Below are positions 51,717 through 64,000 of a DNA stretch of 64,000 nt, one piece after another. The stretch is from Schmidtea nova (taxonomy: Eukaryota). The first letter of the stretch is position 1. Each line of letters begins with the position of its first letter. Below the pieces are notes generated by a model. That model was not told the DNA's origin. It saw only the letters and a list, made by a program, of their open reading frames with translations, and did not search any database. The position numbers and the translations under genes were made by a program. The DNA lies in contig CM097884.1 of the NCBI GenBank assembly GCA_044892505.1, positions 89,342,001-89,406,000 on the forward strand, written 5' to 3'.

Positions 51717-51772
<56 letters not shown>
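51717..51772. repeat. (ATT)n microsatellite
   Basis: Direct inspection. Confidence 0.95.
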
Positions 51773-51829
51773 GAATCGAGCAAAAACCGTTTGGAAATCA
51801 TTTTTATTTCTATCAAACAATGTTTTTAT

Positions 51830-52530
51830 CAAAGAAGCGAGCAACTCGAGTTTGTGGTCACTAAATTGTTGTTTGTAATGAACACCACGTAAACGAATAG
51901 AAAGAGGTTCCTGTGATTTGTTTGGCTATTGATTTGAGTCCCAGAAAACCAGCGCGCTTCAGGGATCTTGATGTCGTTATTGAGCTTGAATGTCAAGCTT
52001 TGCTCTGAAGACAAACTTCAATACGATAAGATGAGTTCGACAATACACTGCTCAGCGATCGGCAAACTATCCAGAGAAAAGGTTTCAGTTCCAGATCGCT
52101 GTGGAAATTAGAATTTAGATGCTATCATTTGAAATGTTGCATGAATGCCATCATATTGTATTGGAAATAGAAAAAATCCTTTCTCGTTTAATGTCAATAA
52201 TGGCTCATTTCTGTCTAATATTTCGCCTCTCCCAACTTCCCAAAATCTTATCGATAATTCTGTAATGTTGAGCCCACGTTGATTTGGATAATATCTTTTA
52301 TTGCATCTCGAACAGTTCGATTGATCACAATATTCACAATGAAATATCACATTTTAGTTTTTAACAACTTTCATCATTGGATAATTTAACGTTAGGCATT
52401 TTCTAGTTATTTGGTCAGGTATACATTCTATAAACATTGATAGCAAAACACATGATAACAACTTTTTGGAAGAGAAGCAATTTGCAGAAGGCATAATATT
52501 CTCACATTTCATACATTTATATTCACTCAT
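51830..52530 (-). pseudogene. Possible decayed intronless RING plus B-box-like gene copy
   Basis: MSEYKCMKC..., LPKSCYHVFCYQCL in a shifted frame, then FHCEYCDQSNCSRC; needs compensating frameshifts. Confidence 0.4.
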
Positions 52531-52830
52531 CGTATTCTTTTGAAATCAAATCCAATTATCGCAAATTGAATTCCAAATTTAAAAAATATCCCAAAATTTC
52601 AATCACAAAATTAATTATTCAAACCATCCGAATATCCCGCCATCCCAATTTCCAAATTAAAACGAATTAAAGAAACGAATAAATCAAAATTCAAATCGCA
52701 AATTAAAATTAAAAACCATTCAAAAATAATCCAAATAAATTGGATTATTAAAACAATTCTAGAATATCTAGAAAATCAATTATAATTTCAATGAATTAAA
52801 ATCCCAAAAAATCTCCATAAAATTATAAAC

Positions 52831-52948
52831 GCGCACACAGACGCGAAATAACACCATAAAGCAAAGTAAGCGCACACAGACGCTGATCAGCATAAAAGGC
52901 AATTGCAGCGCACACAGACGCTGATAAAGATTACAATTGCAGCGCACA
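52831..52948 (-). repeat. Array of four GCGTCTGTGTGCGC-like motifs spaced ~38 bp
   Basis: GCGCACACAGACGC on plus at 52831, 52870, 52908, partial at 52942. Confidence 0.8.
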
Positions 52949-52995
52949 AAAAACAAATAGCCAAAGTTTGCTACAAGCAAACTTTGGCTGAAACA

Positions 52996-53474
<479 letters not shown>

Positions 53475-53500
53475 TTTTTTAATTTTGTTTTTAATACAAA

Positions 53501-53506
53501 AATAAA
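53501..53506 (+). terminator. Candidate polyadenylation signal for ACADS
   Basis: AATAAA 27 nt after the stop; weak evidence in AT-rich DNA. Confidence 0.45.
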
Positions 53507-55949
53507 TTATTTGTTTTATTATTAATTTCTTTCTAAAATATTTTGTAATTGTTTGAATGAAACTTCAACAGATGTTTTAGTCCGAAGTATAGCGAAACAA
53601 GTCGACGAGACCACACTTGAATAAGGAAGAAAGATAAGAAATAAACGCCAGGATTTTTTAAGCTCGTTCAGTAATTGGCGAAAGAAATATATAATCTGAC
53701 ATCTATTAAGATTGATTTGACTTTGATTAGCGGTTATCGTATTTAACTCATCTGCCTACATATCAACAAAATAAGATTATAAATTCCACAAATTTATTCA
53801 ATAAATACTTGTAAAAATAAAATATGTTCAACTTATTGTTATTATCTAAACCAAATTATTAAATTGCAATTTCATACAATTTCAACATCAACTAAAATTT
53901 TATACTCGTCATAATTTATAGTTTATAAAATTTCATCTATAAGAATTACAATACATTTTTTTAAAATTCTCCAACATTTACTTAAATATTATTTAAATTT
54001 TTTTTTCAGTTTATAGACATTTTCAAAACTTATGAATGCTTTATATTTAATTTTCATTACATTTAAATTTTTTATAATTCTTAAAATAAAATAAAATTTT
54101 AATTGTGGGGGCTAATAAACTGAGAAAAATATCGATGAAGCATAATCTGATTTCAAAACTGGAGTTAACAATAATATAAATTTTATTGCTTAAAAAATAT
54201 ATCGGTGTGGCGATTTTATTGTTGATTCTAAATTGTGCTCGTGCGTTTGGTTATNNNNNNNNNNNNNNNNNNNNNNNNNNNNNNNNNNNNNNNNNNNNNN
54301 NNNNNNNNNNNNNNNNNNNNNNNNNNNNNNNNNNNNNNNNNNNNNNNNNNNNNNNNNNNNNNNNNNNNNNNNNNNNNNNNNNNNNNNNNNNNNNNNNNNN
54401 NNNNNNNNNNNNNNNNNNNNNNNNNNNNNNNNNNNNNNNNNNNNNNNNNNNNNNNNNNNNNNNNNNNNNNNNNNNNNNNNNNNNNNNNNNNNNNNNNNNN
54501 NNNNNNNNNNNNNNNNNNNNNNNNNNNNNNNNNNNNNNNNNNNNNNATAGATCAAAATTTTTTTTTATATATATTGGTGGGTTGTTGATCGTCAATATGA
54601 CCTTGACGTTGCTATGGCTCACATCAACAACTCAACACATAAAACATTAGATTAACCATATTGTTGCCCGTCACAATGTAACGTTGGTAATGCAACAATT
54701 AGGTGGGTATTCGCAATCAGTGAGCGTCGAAAAATTCGAAACTATGATTGACCAAATATCTCCTGGGTCCAAGGGCTACCGATAGAAGGTTTAATGCCGA
54801 TTTTGTCCCTTCTTACACAATTTTATCTCTAAACATTCAATAAAATTTTAATCGGGATTTCAAAATGAATAATCTACATCAATATAAATTTATTATGGTA
54901 TCAAAATAACCCATTTTCCAACATCAAAACATTAATAATTCATGCAATGAACCATTTACGATGCACATAACACAAGAACAAACAGAATAGAATCAATACA
55001 ATCATTCGTACCAGAAGTATTAAAGTTCTTTGGGTTTTCCGAGATGTTTTCGTACCTTACTGTCACTGAATTCTCGATTTGTCCGATCAAAATCTAAACA
55101 TAATTGAATCAATTATTTCCATCAATCAATATACATTATGTTATAAAAAAAAACAAGTATATTCGCATTTTTAGTTTATTCTCAAGTTTATTCTCATACG
55201 CAAACATATCATCACAATCTCAATTCGGGGATCAAATAATCTTTTATCAACACCTATATTCAGGGTATTTGATTTCTATTGTTCTTGACGAAACTGCTAT
55301 CAATTTCTTGATGTTTTTAATTTTCTATATTTTTGTGTTAATATATTTAACTAAATTCTACTTATCCCCTGTACCTAGTGTCTATCTTGTTTTATAAAAT
55401 TAATTATAACTCTTCAAAAGGAAAATTATAATTTTACTAAAACCTCAACTTTTGATTTTCAAAAATTTGCTGAGGCCTTGGCAACGGCAACGGTTACTTA
55501 TCGAAATTTATTAAAGTAAGAACTGATATTTAAATTTGTGTGTAGATTATTTTTAAACTTTTAAGTTAAGGGTTAAATTTTTGTCATTCCCGTATTCGGG
55601 TAAAAGACTTATTTTGGGGAAAACTGAAATCTATATCAAACGGAAAGCTAAAATCCCTGGAATATTATTGGATAATTTCTGTTATGGAAATTGAATTTCC
55701 ATATTGTAGTTATCGATTTTAGATAACTATTTTTGAAAAGAAATTTTCCAAGCAACTGAATTTACTGGTAATTTATATTATTTCTTTTTTACAATAAAAT
55801 TTCAAAATTTTTAATATCAATAGATTTGCAATATAATTATTTCATAGTGATTTTAATATTTTTATTGATAAAAATTTCATTTTAAAATTAAAAAATGTTA
55901 AGTTAATTTCTTCGAGAAAAAAAAATTTCAACCAGAAATTGGAAGAAGC

Positions 55950-58512
55950 TCCTTAAGAACTTATGAAAGTGGAGCTGCAAGAAGAAAGAAAAAAACATTA
56001 AGAAGCATCGAAATCTCGATAGTTTTCTGTAGAAAACAGAATCTTATGCTAATTCATCAACTTCAGCTAATTTTACAAACTTTGGCATAAGTGAAGAAGC
56101 TACTTTATCGGCTGTTTTAGAGGACTCAATCGAGATGACTCAAACTTTAAAGGTACAATCAGAACTCGATGAAGAGACGGATATTCAAAAAGATTTGCCA
56201 TTGAATAGAAAAAGTTATCCAGGACTTTGGGATAACCTTTCAGCTGAGGAAATACAATTTTTGATAGAGAGCGGTCCGTCAACATGTCAAAATGCAGATT
56301 TATTACTTTAAATCCTCTATAATGACGTATCAAGATCGCGATCGATATTGCTCAAAAAGCTTGTTTCTGGGGAAAAAAGTGAACGGTGAAGCGTTTAATA
56401 GAGAGTGGCTCATATATTCACCAGCGTTGGGTTGTGTATTCTGTTTTGTCTGCGAACTTTTTGAAGCCTCAAAATTTGCTTTAACTTCAACAAAATTTAA
56501 AGATTGGAAAAATTCTGTGGCATCAATTCAAGGCCATGAGAACTCATAGGACCACAGAAAAGCTTCTTTAGCATACTTTCACAGAAAAAATAACAACGTT
56601 TTAAAGGATCAACTTCTAAACGAAATTCGTAAAGAGAAAAACTACTGGAGAGAGGTTCTAAGAAGAGTCACGGCTGTAATTTGCACATTGATTGAAAGAA
56701 ACTTAGCTTTTAGAGGTTCAAATGAAAAATTTGGGGCTGAGGGCAACGGGAATTTTATTGGTCTGCTCGAGTTGATTGAACAGTTTGATCCTTATTTGGC
56801 CGAACACATAAAAAATTATGGTGACAGCGGTAAAAACAAACTACCTCTCAAAGACTACATGTGAGGAGTTGATCGTATTGATGGCAAGAAAAGTTTTGCA
56901 ATCAATCAGCGATGATGTTCTAAAATCGAAGTATTATGGATTATCAGTAGACTCGACACTATGTCTGATCTTGAGGTACATTGATCAAACTTCTAATGAG
57001 CCAATCGAAAGATTTGTCAACTACATCCACATCGATAATCACACAGGGGAAAATTTAGCAAATGTAACCGTGGGCTTTTTAGACGAAAGATTGAACTTGG
57101 AAATCAGCAACTGTAGAAGCCAGTCTTATGATAACGCGAGCAATATGACTGGAAAATATATAGGCATTTGGAACTCAATAAGCTGGCGAAATTCTTGCCA
57201 TGTTCAGGTCATTCTCTTAACTTAGTGGGAGAGGCTGCTGTGGACTGTTGCATCGAAGGAATTAATTTTTTCGGTATTGTTCATGAACTCTACAATTCTT
57301 TCTCTGTTTCTATAAAACGATGACATATTTTGGGACAATTGGCAAGTAGTTCATTGAAATCACTATCGAATACTAGATGGAGCGCTCATGCTGACTCAGT
57401 CAAATCCATTCAACAGAACTACGACAAATTTATGGAAGCATTGCTCACAATCAATGAGAGTGAAAGTTTTGAAACGAAAGCAAGAGCTGAGGCTGGCAAT
57501 TTACTATTGAAAATGGAACCTTTTGAATTTGCCTTATAAATAGTAATGTGGTATCAAATTTTACAACGAATGAATACAGTTTCCAAATCATTGCAAAGTG
57601 AAGCTATTACTCTGGATACATGTTCTGAACTTTATTCATCTCTTGGTGATTATCTTATTGGATTAACTGAAAATTTCGATTTAATAGAACAAGATGCTAA
57701 ATTACTGTTACCAGACACTGGTTATTTAGAAAAGAGACGACGTAAAAGAAAGTGCTTTCAGGTGCAAATCGCTCAGAAGAAACCCAGTTGAGTCCACGTG
57801 AAGAGTTTAAGACAAATGTTTTCTTAAAAATCATCAATAATCTCACTACAAATTTGAAATAAAGAGCCCATTGCTACATGGAATCGAATGACAAATTTGG
57901 ATTTTTAATAGACACAAGAATCAATAAAGATAAACTGAAGATTTGTGTTGACCGTCTGATGGAAGACTACACAGAAGACATTGACGAAAATTTATATGCA
58001 GAAATCGAACATCTACATCTTTATTTGAAAGATCATTTCAATACTCAAGATCCTCAATTGTCCCATTTCGATTTGTACAAACTTATTAAAGAAAAACAAA
58101 TGAAGGCTGCATTTCCTAATACCGAGATAGTTCTGTGAATTTTCATATGTTTCATGATATCCAATTGCTCTGGAGAGAGGTCATTTTCAAAGTTAAAATT
58201 AACGAAAAATGATTTGCGATCAACTTTGTCACAAAAAACGTTAAATAATTTTGCATTATTATCAAGTAATGCTGACAAAATGAAGTCGATTGATTTTGAT
58301 TCATTGATTAACGATTTTCTTGATGAAAAATACAGAAAAAAGATTATGTAGATTGTAAACAATATTTTTTACAAATTGAAATAAAATCTTGAATTATATT
58401 AAAGTTGTAATATATTTTTAAATTTAAAAACTTAGCAATATTTTTTATTTTTCAAAATGGGGCCTCAAATTTTTGTTTGCCTCTGGCCCCTAAAATTGTA
58501 AATCCGGCCCTG
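55950..58512 (+). mobile_element. Decayed hAT (ZMYM1-like) transposon with right TIR
   Basis: YESGAARRKK, REWLIYSPALGCVFCFVC, LAFRGSNE, YGLSVDST, QSYDNASNM, NTRWSAH, NCSGERSFSKLK; TGTAAATCCGGCCCTG ends 58512; many stops; left TIR not found. Confidence 0.88.
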
Positions 58513-58650
58513 GTCTGCTAGTGGCGGTACTTCCTCAGGAAGTAGTTAATAGTTCTTTTGGGATGACCAGTCAATGCAGCAGGCTCACTGACTTTTCCAC
58601 AAAGGTAACATAATGCCTTTCTATAAGTCTGTAAGCTCTCTACGAGTATC

Positions 58651-58808
58651 CATATTCTAAAAAAATGACAATCCTTCATTAACATGACTCACTGTTATCA
58701 ATGTTGTGTGTTTGGTGTGAGTAGTCATATTCTAAGAAAGTGGCAATCCTTCATTAACATGACTTACTGTTATCAATGTTGTGTGTCTGGTGTGAGTAGT
58801 CATATTCT
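58651..58808. repeat. 75-bp tandem duplication
   Basis: CATATTCT unit starts at 58651, 58726, 58801. Confidence 0.9.
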
Positions 58809-58989
58809 GTGTGTGTCTGTGTGTGAGTGCGTGCGTGCGTGTGTACATGTGCGCATGTAGCATGTTGAAAGTGTTGGTGACCTTTGTTCCCATTGCTATT
58901 CATATTTGCCCTGCAGACGTTCATTTTAAACTGCAATATGTAAATAACTACCTGACTAGAGACTTTTGGTAGGTCGGGGTAGTCTCGAT

Positions 58990-59740
58990 AAGAATTATTA
59001 TAAGCTTTTAAAAATTTTGAAGAAAAGAATGAATTTGAGACTGTGTAATACTGAACAGAAAAACGATAACATATGCTTCCAAGCCAATTTTTCAAAGAAG
59101 TATCAAGATTGATGATGATTTAATAGCTGCCTTACTAAATAAAGACTCTATTTTTTGGATAGACTCATATTATATAAGTCAATCAGTTTTGGATTTATCG
59201 AAACTTCGGAAGTATCAGTTACAATATCTTGAGTAAGCTAAATATCGAGCACAATTCGGTTGCGAAATAAATATTGTCGCTGGAGATACTGACAGTTTTT
59301 TCTTGGAATATAAAAATGTTAAATTAGATACATTATTACTGGCAATGGTTAATGACAATCTCTTGGATATGTGTAATTATCCTTCGGAACATCCACATTT
59401 TCCAAAAAATTGGATTCAGTTATCGAAAGTTCAAGGATGAAAATAAAGACTTTCTAATTAAAGAATGGGTCTTTTTAAGACCAAAATGTTACAGTTTGTT
59501 AACGGAAAAAGAGAGCTTAAAAGCTAAATGAATAACATTGAAGGGTACTGACATCAAACCTCAGTCGTATCTGGATTGTTATAATAACAACAAAAGGTTT
59601 ATAGAACCACAATGTCGAATTGGTACACAAATCATCAATTATTTAGTTTTCAGTAGTCGAAAGTTGCTTTAACAAATGCCGATAATAAAAGAAATTGATT
59701 GAAAAGAATAAAAGCCATGCATATGGGTACTATGGTGATG
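58990..59740 (+). mobile_element. Polinton/Maverick pPolB C-terminal fragment, decayed
   Basis: KNYYKLL, VLDLSKL, GDTDSFF, NYPSEHP, KEWVFLRPKCYS, DNKR across frames. Confidence 0.85.
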
Positions 59741-60279
59741 AAAGAAAAATGGAAACAATTTACGAAGATAAATTATGCTAATATTTGTTTTGTTTAATAA
59801 ATCTTATTATAAAATGTTTTAGTCATTTATGATGTTTTTAGTAATCCGAATGCTCAAGATTAATTTTAATAACTAATTTGTGTTTGTTTATTTATTAGTG
59901 ATTTAAAAATGTATCATTTAGTATCATTTAAACAAAAGACTTTATTCACCTATTGTTAATGTAAGACTAATAAGTACTTAAAGCGACATGCCAAATTTTA
60001 ATTAAATATATTTTAAAATTTTAACACACCCTTTTCAAAATCCCAACCAAGCAATTGAAAATAAAAGTATTTTTGAAATCCTTTCCAATTTTTATTTAAA
60101 CAAAATATTTCTAAACCATTTTGTTGGAACTCGCTAAATTTTCGTCTACATTTGACTATACATTTAATAGTCAAGCTATTGTTCGTTTAGACACATACTA
60201 TATTCCGCAAAAGTTGGTTTACATACATAAAATTCCCCCTAAATCTAGTTTACACACACTATAATCATTCTATCGTAAA

Positions 60280-62100
60280 TCTTAGGGTGGAGGCGGAGGT
60301 AAGTGGTCCAGATATGACACATCACACTACTTCGCTAAATCATCTTTATGCAAAACAATTTGTTAAGCCTTCTAATTTTGTTTTAGTGAAACGTTTTGCT
60401 ACTGTCCAGAAAATAGTTTTACAAATGAACAAGTCGGTCTCAACCAAAGCGCGACAGTATTTATGCGATCATTTGTCTGACCCAAGCAAACAGCTGCCAT
60501 TTGGTAACACTAAACTAATTTCATCAACTTGATTATCTTGATTATCTATTACAGCTTTCCATGTTTTTCAACAAATTTTAATCCAAGAACTAAAGTTATA
60601 TCAATAAAAACATGATCTTTCGCCTCCAATACAAACTTACACGGGTGTTTGTTCACGGCTTCCACTGAAACCAAACTCGTATCAACAAATATATCTTCTA
60701 CATAAGCATCTGCAGCTTTGCTGCTGTATGTGTCTGATGATAGCACATGTCTCAAAACAGTAGCCATGATCTTTGGTACGACGTCAAGACTAAAACTGAG
60801 TTTAGTAAGAGCATGTTTTACCCTTGAAATGCACCATTTGGAAGGCCTACAGAGATGTGTAAACTTGTATTTGTATATAGGCTAATTTCAAATAAAAAAC
60901 AGCAACATATTTTTCCTGTCTCCGTCATTTTATCAATTTCTTCTGTCAAACATCTGTTTTCTCATCGTGACTTGAGACACATTCATTGATTTTCCAATTA
61001 TCTAGGACTGGTTTTACCTTCGCTTTATTTTGTTTAATGACTACCATTATAAGAAGCATATCCTTGATCTCTACGCTATAGGCGGCAATCACCCGTTCTA
61101 TATCCAACCTTCTACCGCCTCATTTAATTCATCACCAGTTTTGTGAGGAACTTTATAATGCGTTATCAAACTCATCTACGCCTCTGGAACGTTTTTACAA
61201 TCCATCTTTCGACGTCAAACCAAGCCAAAATAATTTTGTCCTCGACGTAAATAATAGATTTTGGCGTTCTTCTGGACTTCATTTGGTATGTTCATTCGTT
61301 TGGATATCCGTATCCGGTAACTCGGCTAAACAGCAGATTTATTTTCTCATGCATTCATTCACCATATCCACATTGGTTCCTTGCACAATCACACCTTTCA
61401 GGAAGGATATTGCATAAATACCTAACAGAACTTCACATCCCGGAACGATCTTCAGAGTAACTAAAACTTTTAATTTAATTTCCTTATCCATGACTTTCAT
61501 GGATACAAATCTTTTGCAGAAACTTAACTTACTATTGCTAGCCAGCAATACATTTCTTTTGATTCCAAAACAGCAATATTTTCCCATCATAGTTTGCGAG
61601 CACCAGGTATCCAGAAGTACTCGTTCACTATTCCATCTATCTAAATTAGTATTATTGTCGCAAATATTTCCTTCACCGATTCAGGTCTCGCAGATGGATC
61701 GACAATATCATTTCCCGATGAGATAAATCTACAATTGTTTGTGTAGTGACCAAATAACCACTCTCGTTGAATTTGAATTGAGGCACTAAGACTTCACGTT
61801 GAAACTCCTGGAAGTGGTACAAGGATAGCTCATTGAATCCAATCCATACGACGTTAATAGGATTTTTTCCTATCTACCAAATTCGATATAGGCATTTAAA
61901 AATCATCAAGACTTGCATTTATGCTAGCTGCTAGGTTTTGTAGCAAACTATTTACTAAGAAAAGTCTTTAAGTCTATTTTCCCCATGTATTTAAATCAGG
62001 GTTCTGGTATTTTCCACGTGAACTTCCAGATCTTCGCTAGGTTTCTACTTCAATTTGGCTACTGCTAATCAAGACATTTTAGCAAACGTCTTTCTCACTG
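60280..62100 (-). mobile_element. Heavily decayed Gypsy relative of the 2004-5755 family
   Basis: LKLAYIQI, PKIMATVLRHVL..AYVEDIFVD, LVLGLK RT pieces; CEVLLG protease end; no LTRs seen. Confidence 0.75.
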
Positions 62101-62381
62101 TTGAGATCACATCTTTTAATGAAATATTGCCACGAATTAAACGTATTATTGCTCACAGTTTCAAACTAAACATAAAGAGGCCAAAAATGTCAAGGCAAAA
62201 GTACGGTACATAAACAATCTACGAGGTAACAAAATTATTGAGGAAACAATTAAAAATAAACAAAGAGACTGTTTTTAAAGAAATCATGGAATTGCTGAAT
62301 GATAAAAAAGGTTTTGTGTTCGATGAAGTAAAATAAAGTAATTTTTTTAAATGTTTGCAACAAATATTTTCAAAAGATTGA

Positions 62382-62500
62382 TTGTTATCGAACAAAATAT
62401 TAGTGTTTGCTCCTCAAAACTATCTGGAGAATTTTGTTGATTATATTCACACCGAATTGTGTCATTTAGGTATTGGGAAAACGTTATTTTACTGTTGGTG
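62382..62500 (+). mobile_element. Gypsy integrase zinc-binding (HH) fragment
   Basis: ILVFAPQNYLENFVDYIHTELCHLGIGKT. Confidence 0.6.
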
Positions 62501-64000
62501 TTATGGGTTGTTCAAAAAATTAATTTATTATTCTCTAGAGATTACTACAACCCACGCCTCACCATAAAATGTCAAATACCTCACTCGTGTACCCTTATTT
62601 AACCTTGGCAAACTCTGTTGGTACTGTACACGGTGGCGAGAATCTAGTGAGCAGGTGAGATTTGTTGCAAAAACTACTCCTCACTATATTCTCTCGGTTC
62701 CAGCTGCCGATAGAAGGACTAATGGAATTCCAACTTACTTTACAGTCCTGTAGCATGATTTTAATCTAAACTTTCTATCGCCTTATTCTATCTTAGATCT
62801 ACTCTTATTCATTCTCAAAAATATAAAATTAACCCTTATTAAACTTCCCTGGTTTCCTTCAAAACTATATCCTAAGCTACTTATACCATTGACCAAATTT
62901 AATTCTCAATAAATTTTATTTTGTTTTCACCGCGCCCGCGGAACTCCGAAGAATACCCAGCAGTGCGTCTATCACCCTCGCGGCCATAAACCATAGATGA
63001 CGCTTACTATCAATTTTAAAGGAATTTTAATTGAGAACTCCTTATCAAAATCATGTATAAAATCAAAATCATATCTCAAATGTTTATTAATAAAAAATTA
63101 TGAAAACATCCAATTGCACATTGGATGAAAATAAAACGTACCTACAAAAAATTCCACTTGACTGAACAACTACAATGACTAGGGCTGGCTGGTAGTAAGG
63201 TTTTAAGTTAAATGGTGTTACCCGTAAAATTCTACTTCACACCGCTTAGGTTATATTTTTTCAGCGCCTTTACATAATAATTTTATACGACACCTACACA
63301 TTTTGTTTGTTAAATAAGACTGTTAATAATTTAATTTATATACACCAATCTCTCGCTTTACGAAGTCTCTTTTTAGGAAGTTTTGCTATATCGTAATTTT
63401 GAAAAATATTCAGTTTCGATTTACGAATTTTTGTTTTTTATTTACTTAGGGAAATCACACCGTACGAATATACAGAAACAGAATACAAAATAAAACAAAC
63501 GAATTATGTTTTTATTGTTGTGATTACTTCAAGTAATTTATTATTTATTCAAGTAATTTACTTGAATATTATAGGTAGAACATTAACATTTTGTATAAAT
63601 TAAATTTCCTTATTATTTAAACTAGAAAGATCCTATCGAGCAACGCCGTTTAAAAGTATCCCGAGTAGTCAACGATGCTATCGACTGTTATAAATAGCTA
63701 TGTAGATAAAAAAATGCGGCAAAACAAACAACGTTGGACTCATTTTTATCACCAACTGCTTTGACATCAGTTGCTGTAAATAAAAAAAGCTTTGACTATT
63801 TGGAATCAGATTTGGATTCTTACGTAGACTTGAATTCCAGCGCATAGATCTAGAATACATACATATGTGTTATGTAAATAATACGTATAATCACTTATCC
63901 TACAAATTATTTTTGTTTTTAAAATACGAATATTTTCGGCGACGCTCTGATATGGGTCACCCGATTTTCAAAAAAATAATTAATTAAATTTAAATTAAAA

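Noticed and set aside
52150-52260. KILGSWERRNI peptide resembling a CID domain end
   Set aside because: Short, in a stop-riddled frame, overlapping the RING/B-box reading; likely chance
62570-63010. Locally GC-richer patches including CCGCGCCCGCGG
   Set aside because: No ORF, tRNA fold or repeat partner identified

Overview
Eukaryotic, very AT-rich animal DNA with eight N-gaps; the TE repertoire and 42-nt intron look planarian/flatworm-like, but the taxon is inferred. The one apparently intact host gene is a short-chain acyl-CoA dehydrogenase (ACADS). Four exons are visible (29712-30050, 30093-30395, 37787-38020, 53322-53474), equal to human residues ~71-412; the first ~70 codons were not found. 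Its introns are 42 nt, 7.4 kb and 15.3 kb, and the two large ones hold nested hAT, Tigger/pogo, Tc1, mariner, Merlin and Penelope elements. Elsewhere lie a compact 3.75-kb Gypsy LTR element with identical LTRs and a 5-bp TSD, a Foldback/Mutator-like element with a 9-bp TSD, Polinton DNA-polymerase fragments and more hATs. Five intronless host-gene relics are also present (NOP9-like, ankyrin-RING, PSMA6, PSMD1, RING/B-box-like). Best leads: (1) the Gypsy primer-binding site matches a tRNA-like 5' end (GCCGCGATAGCT) rather than a 3' CCA end, suggesting a trans version of Tf1-type priming; (2) a family of long palindromes carrying inverted U3-A8 variant hammerhead motifs; (3) the same four-copy GCGTCTGTGTGCGC cassette upstream of two unrelated gene relics. 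No database searches or computations were run; identities come from motif recognition and some frameshifts could be assembly errors.
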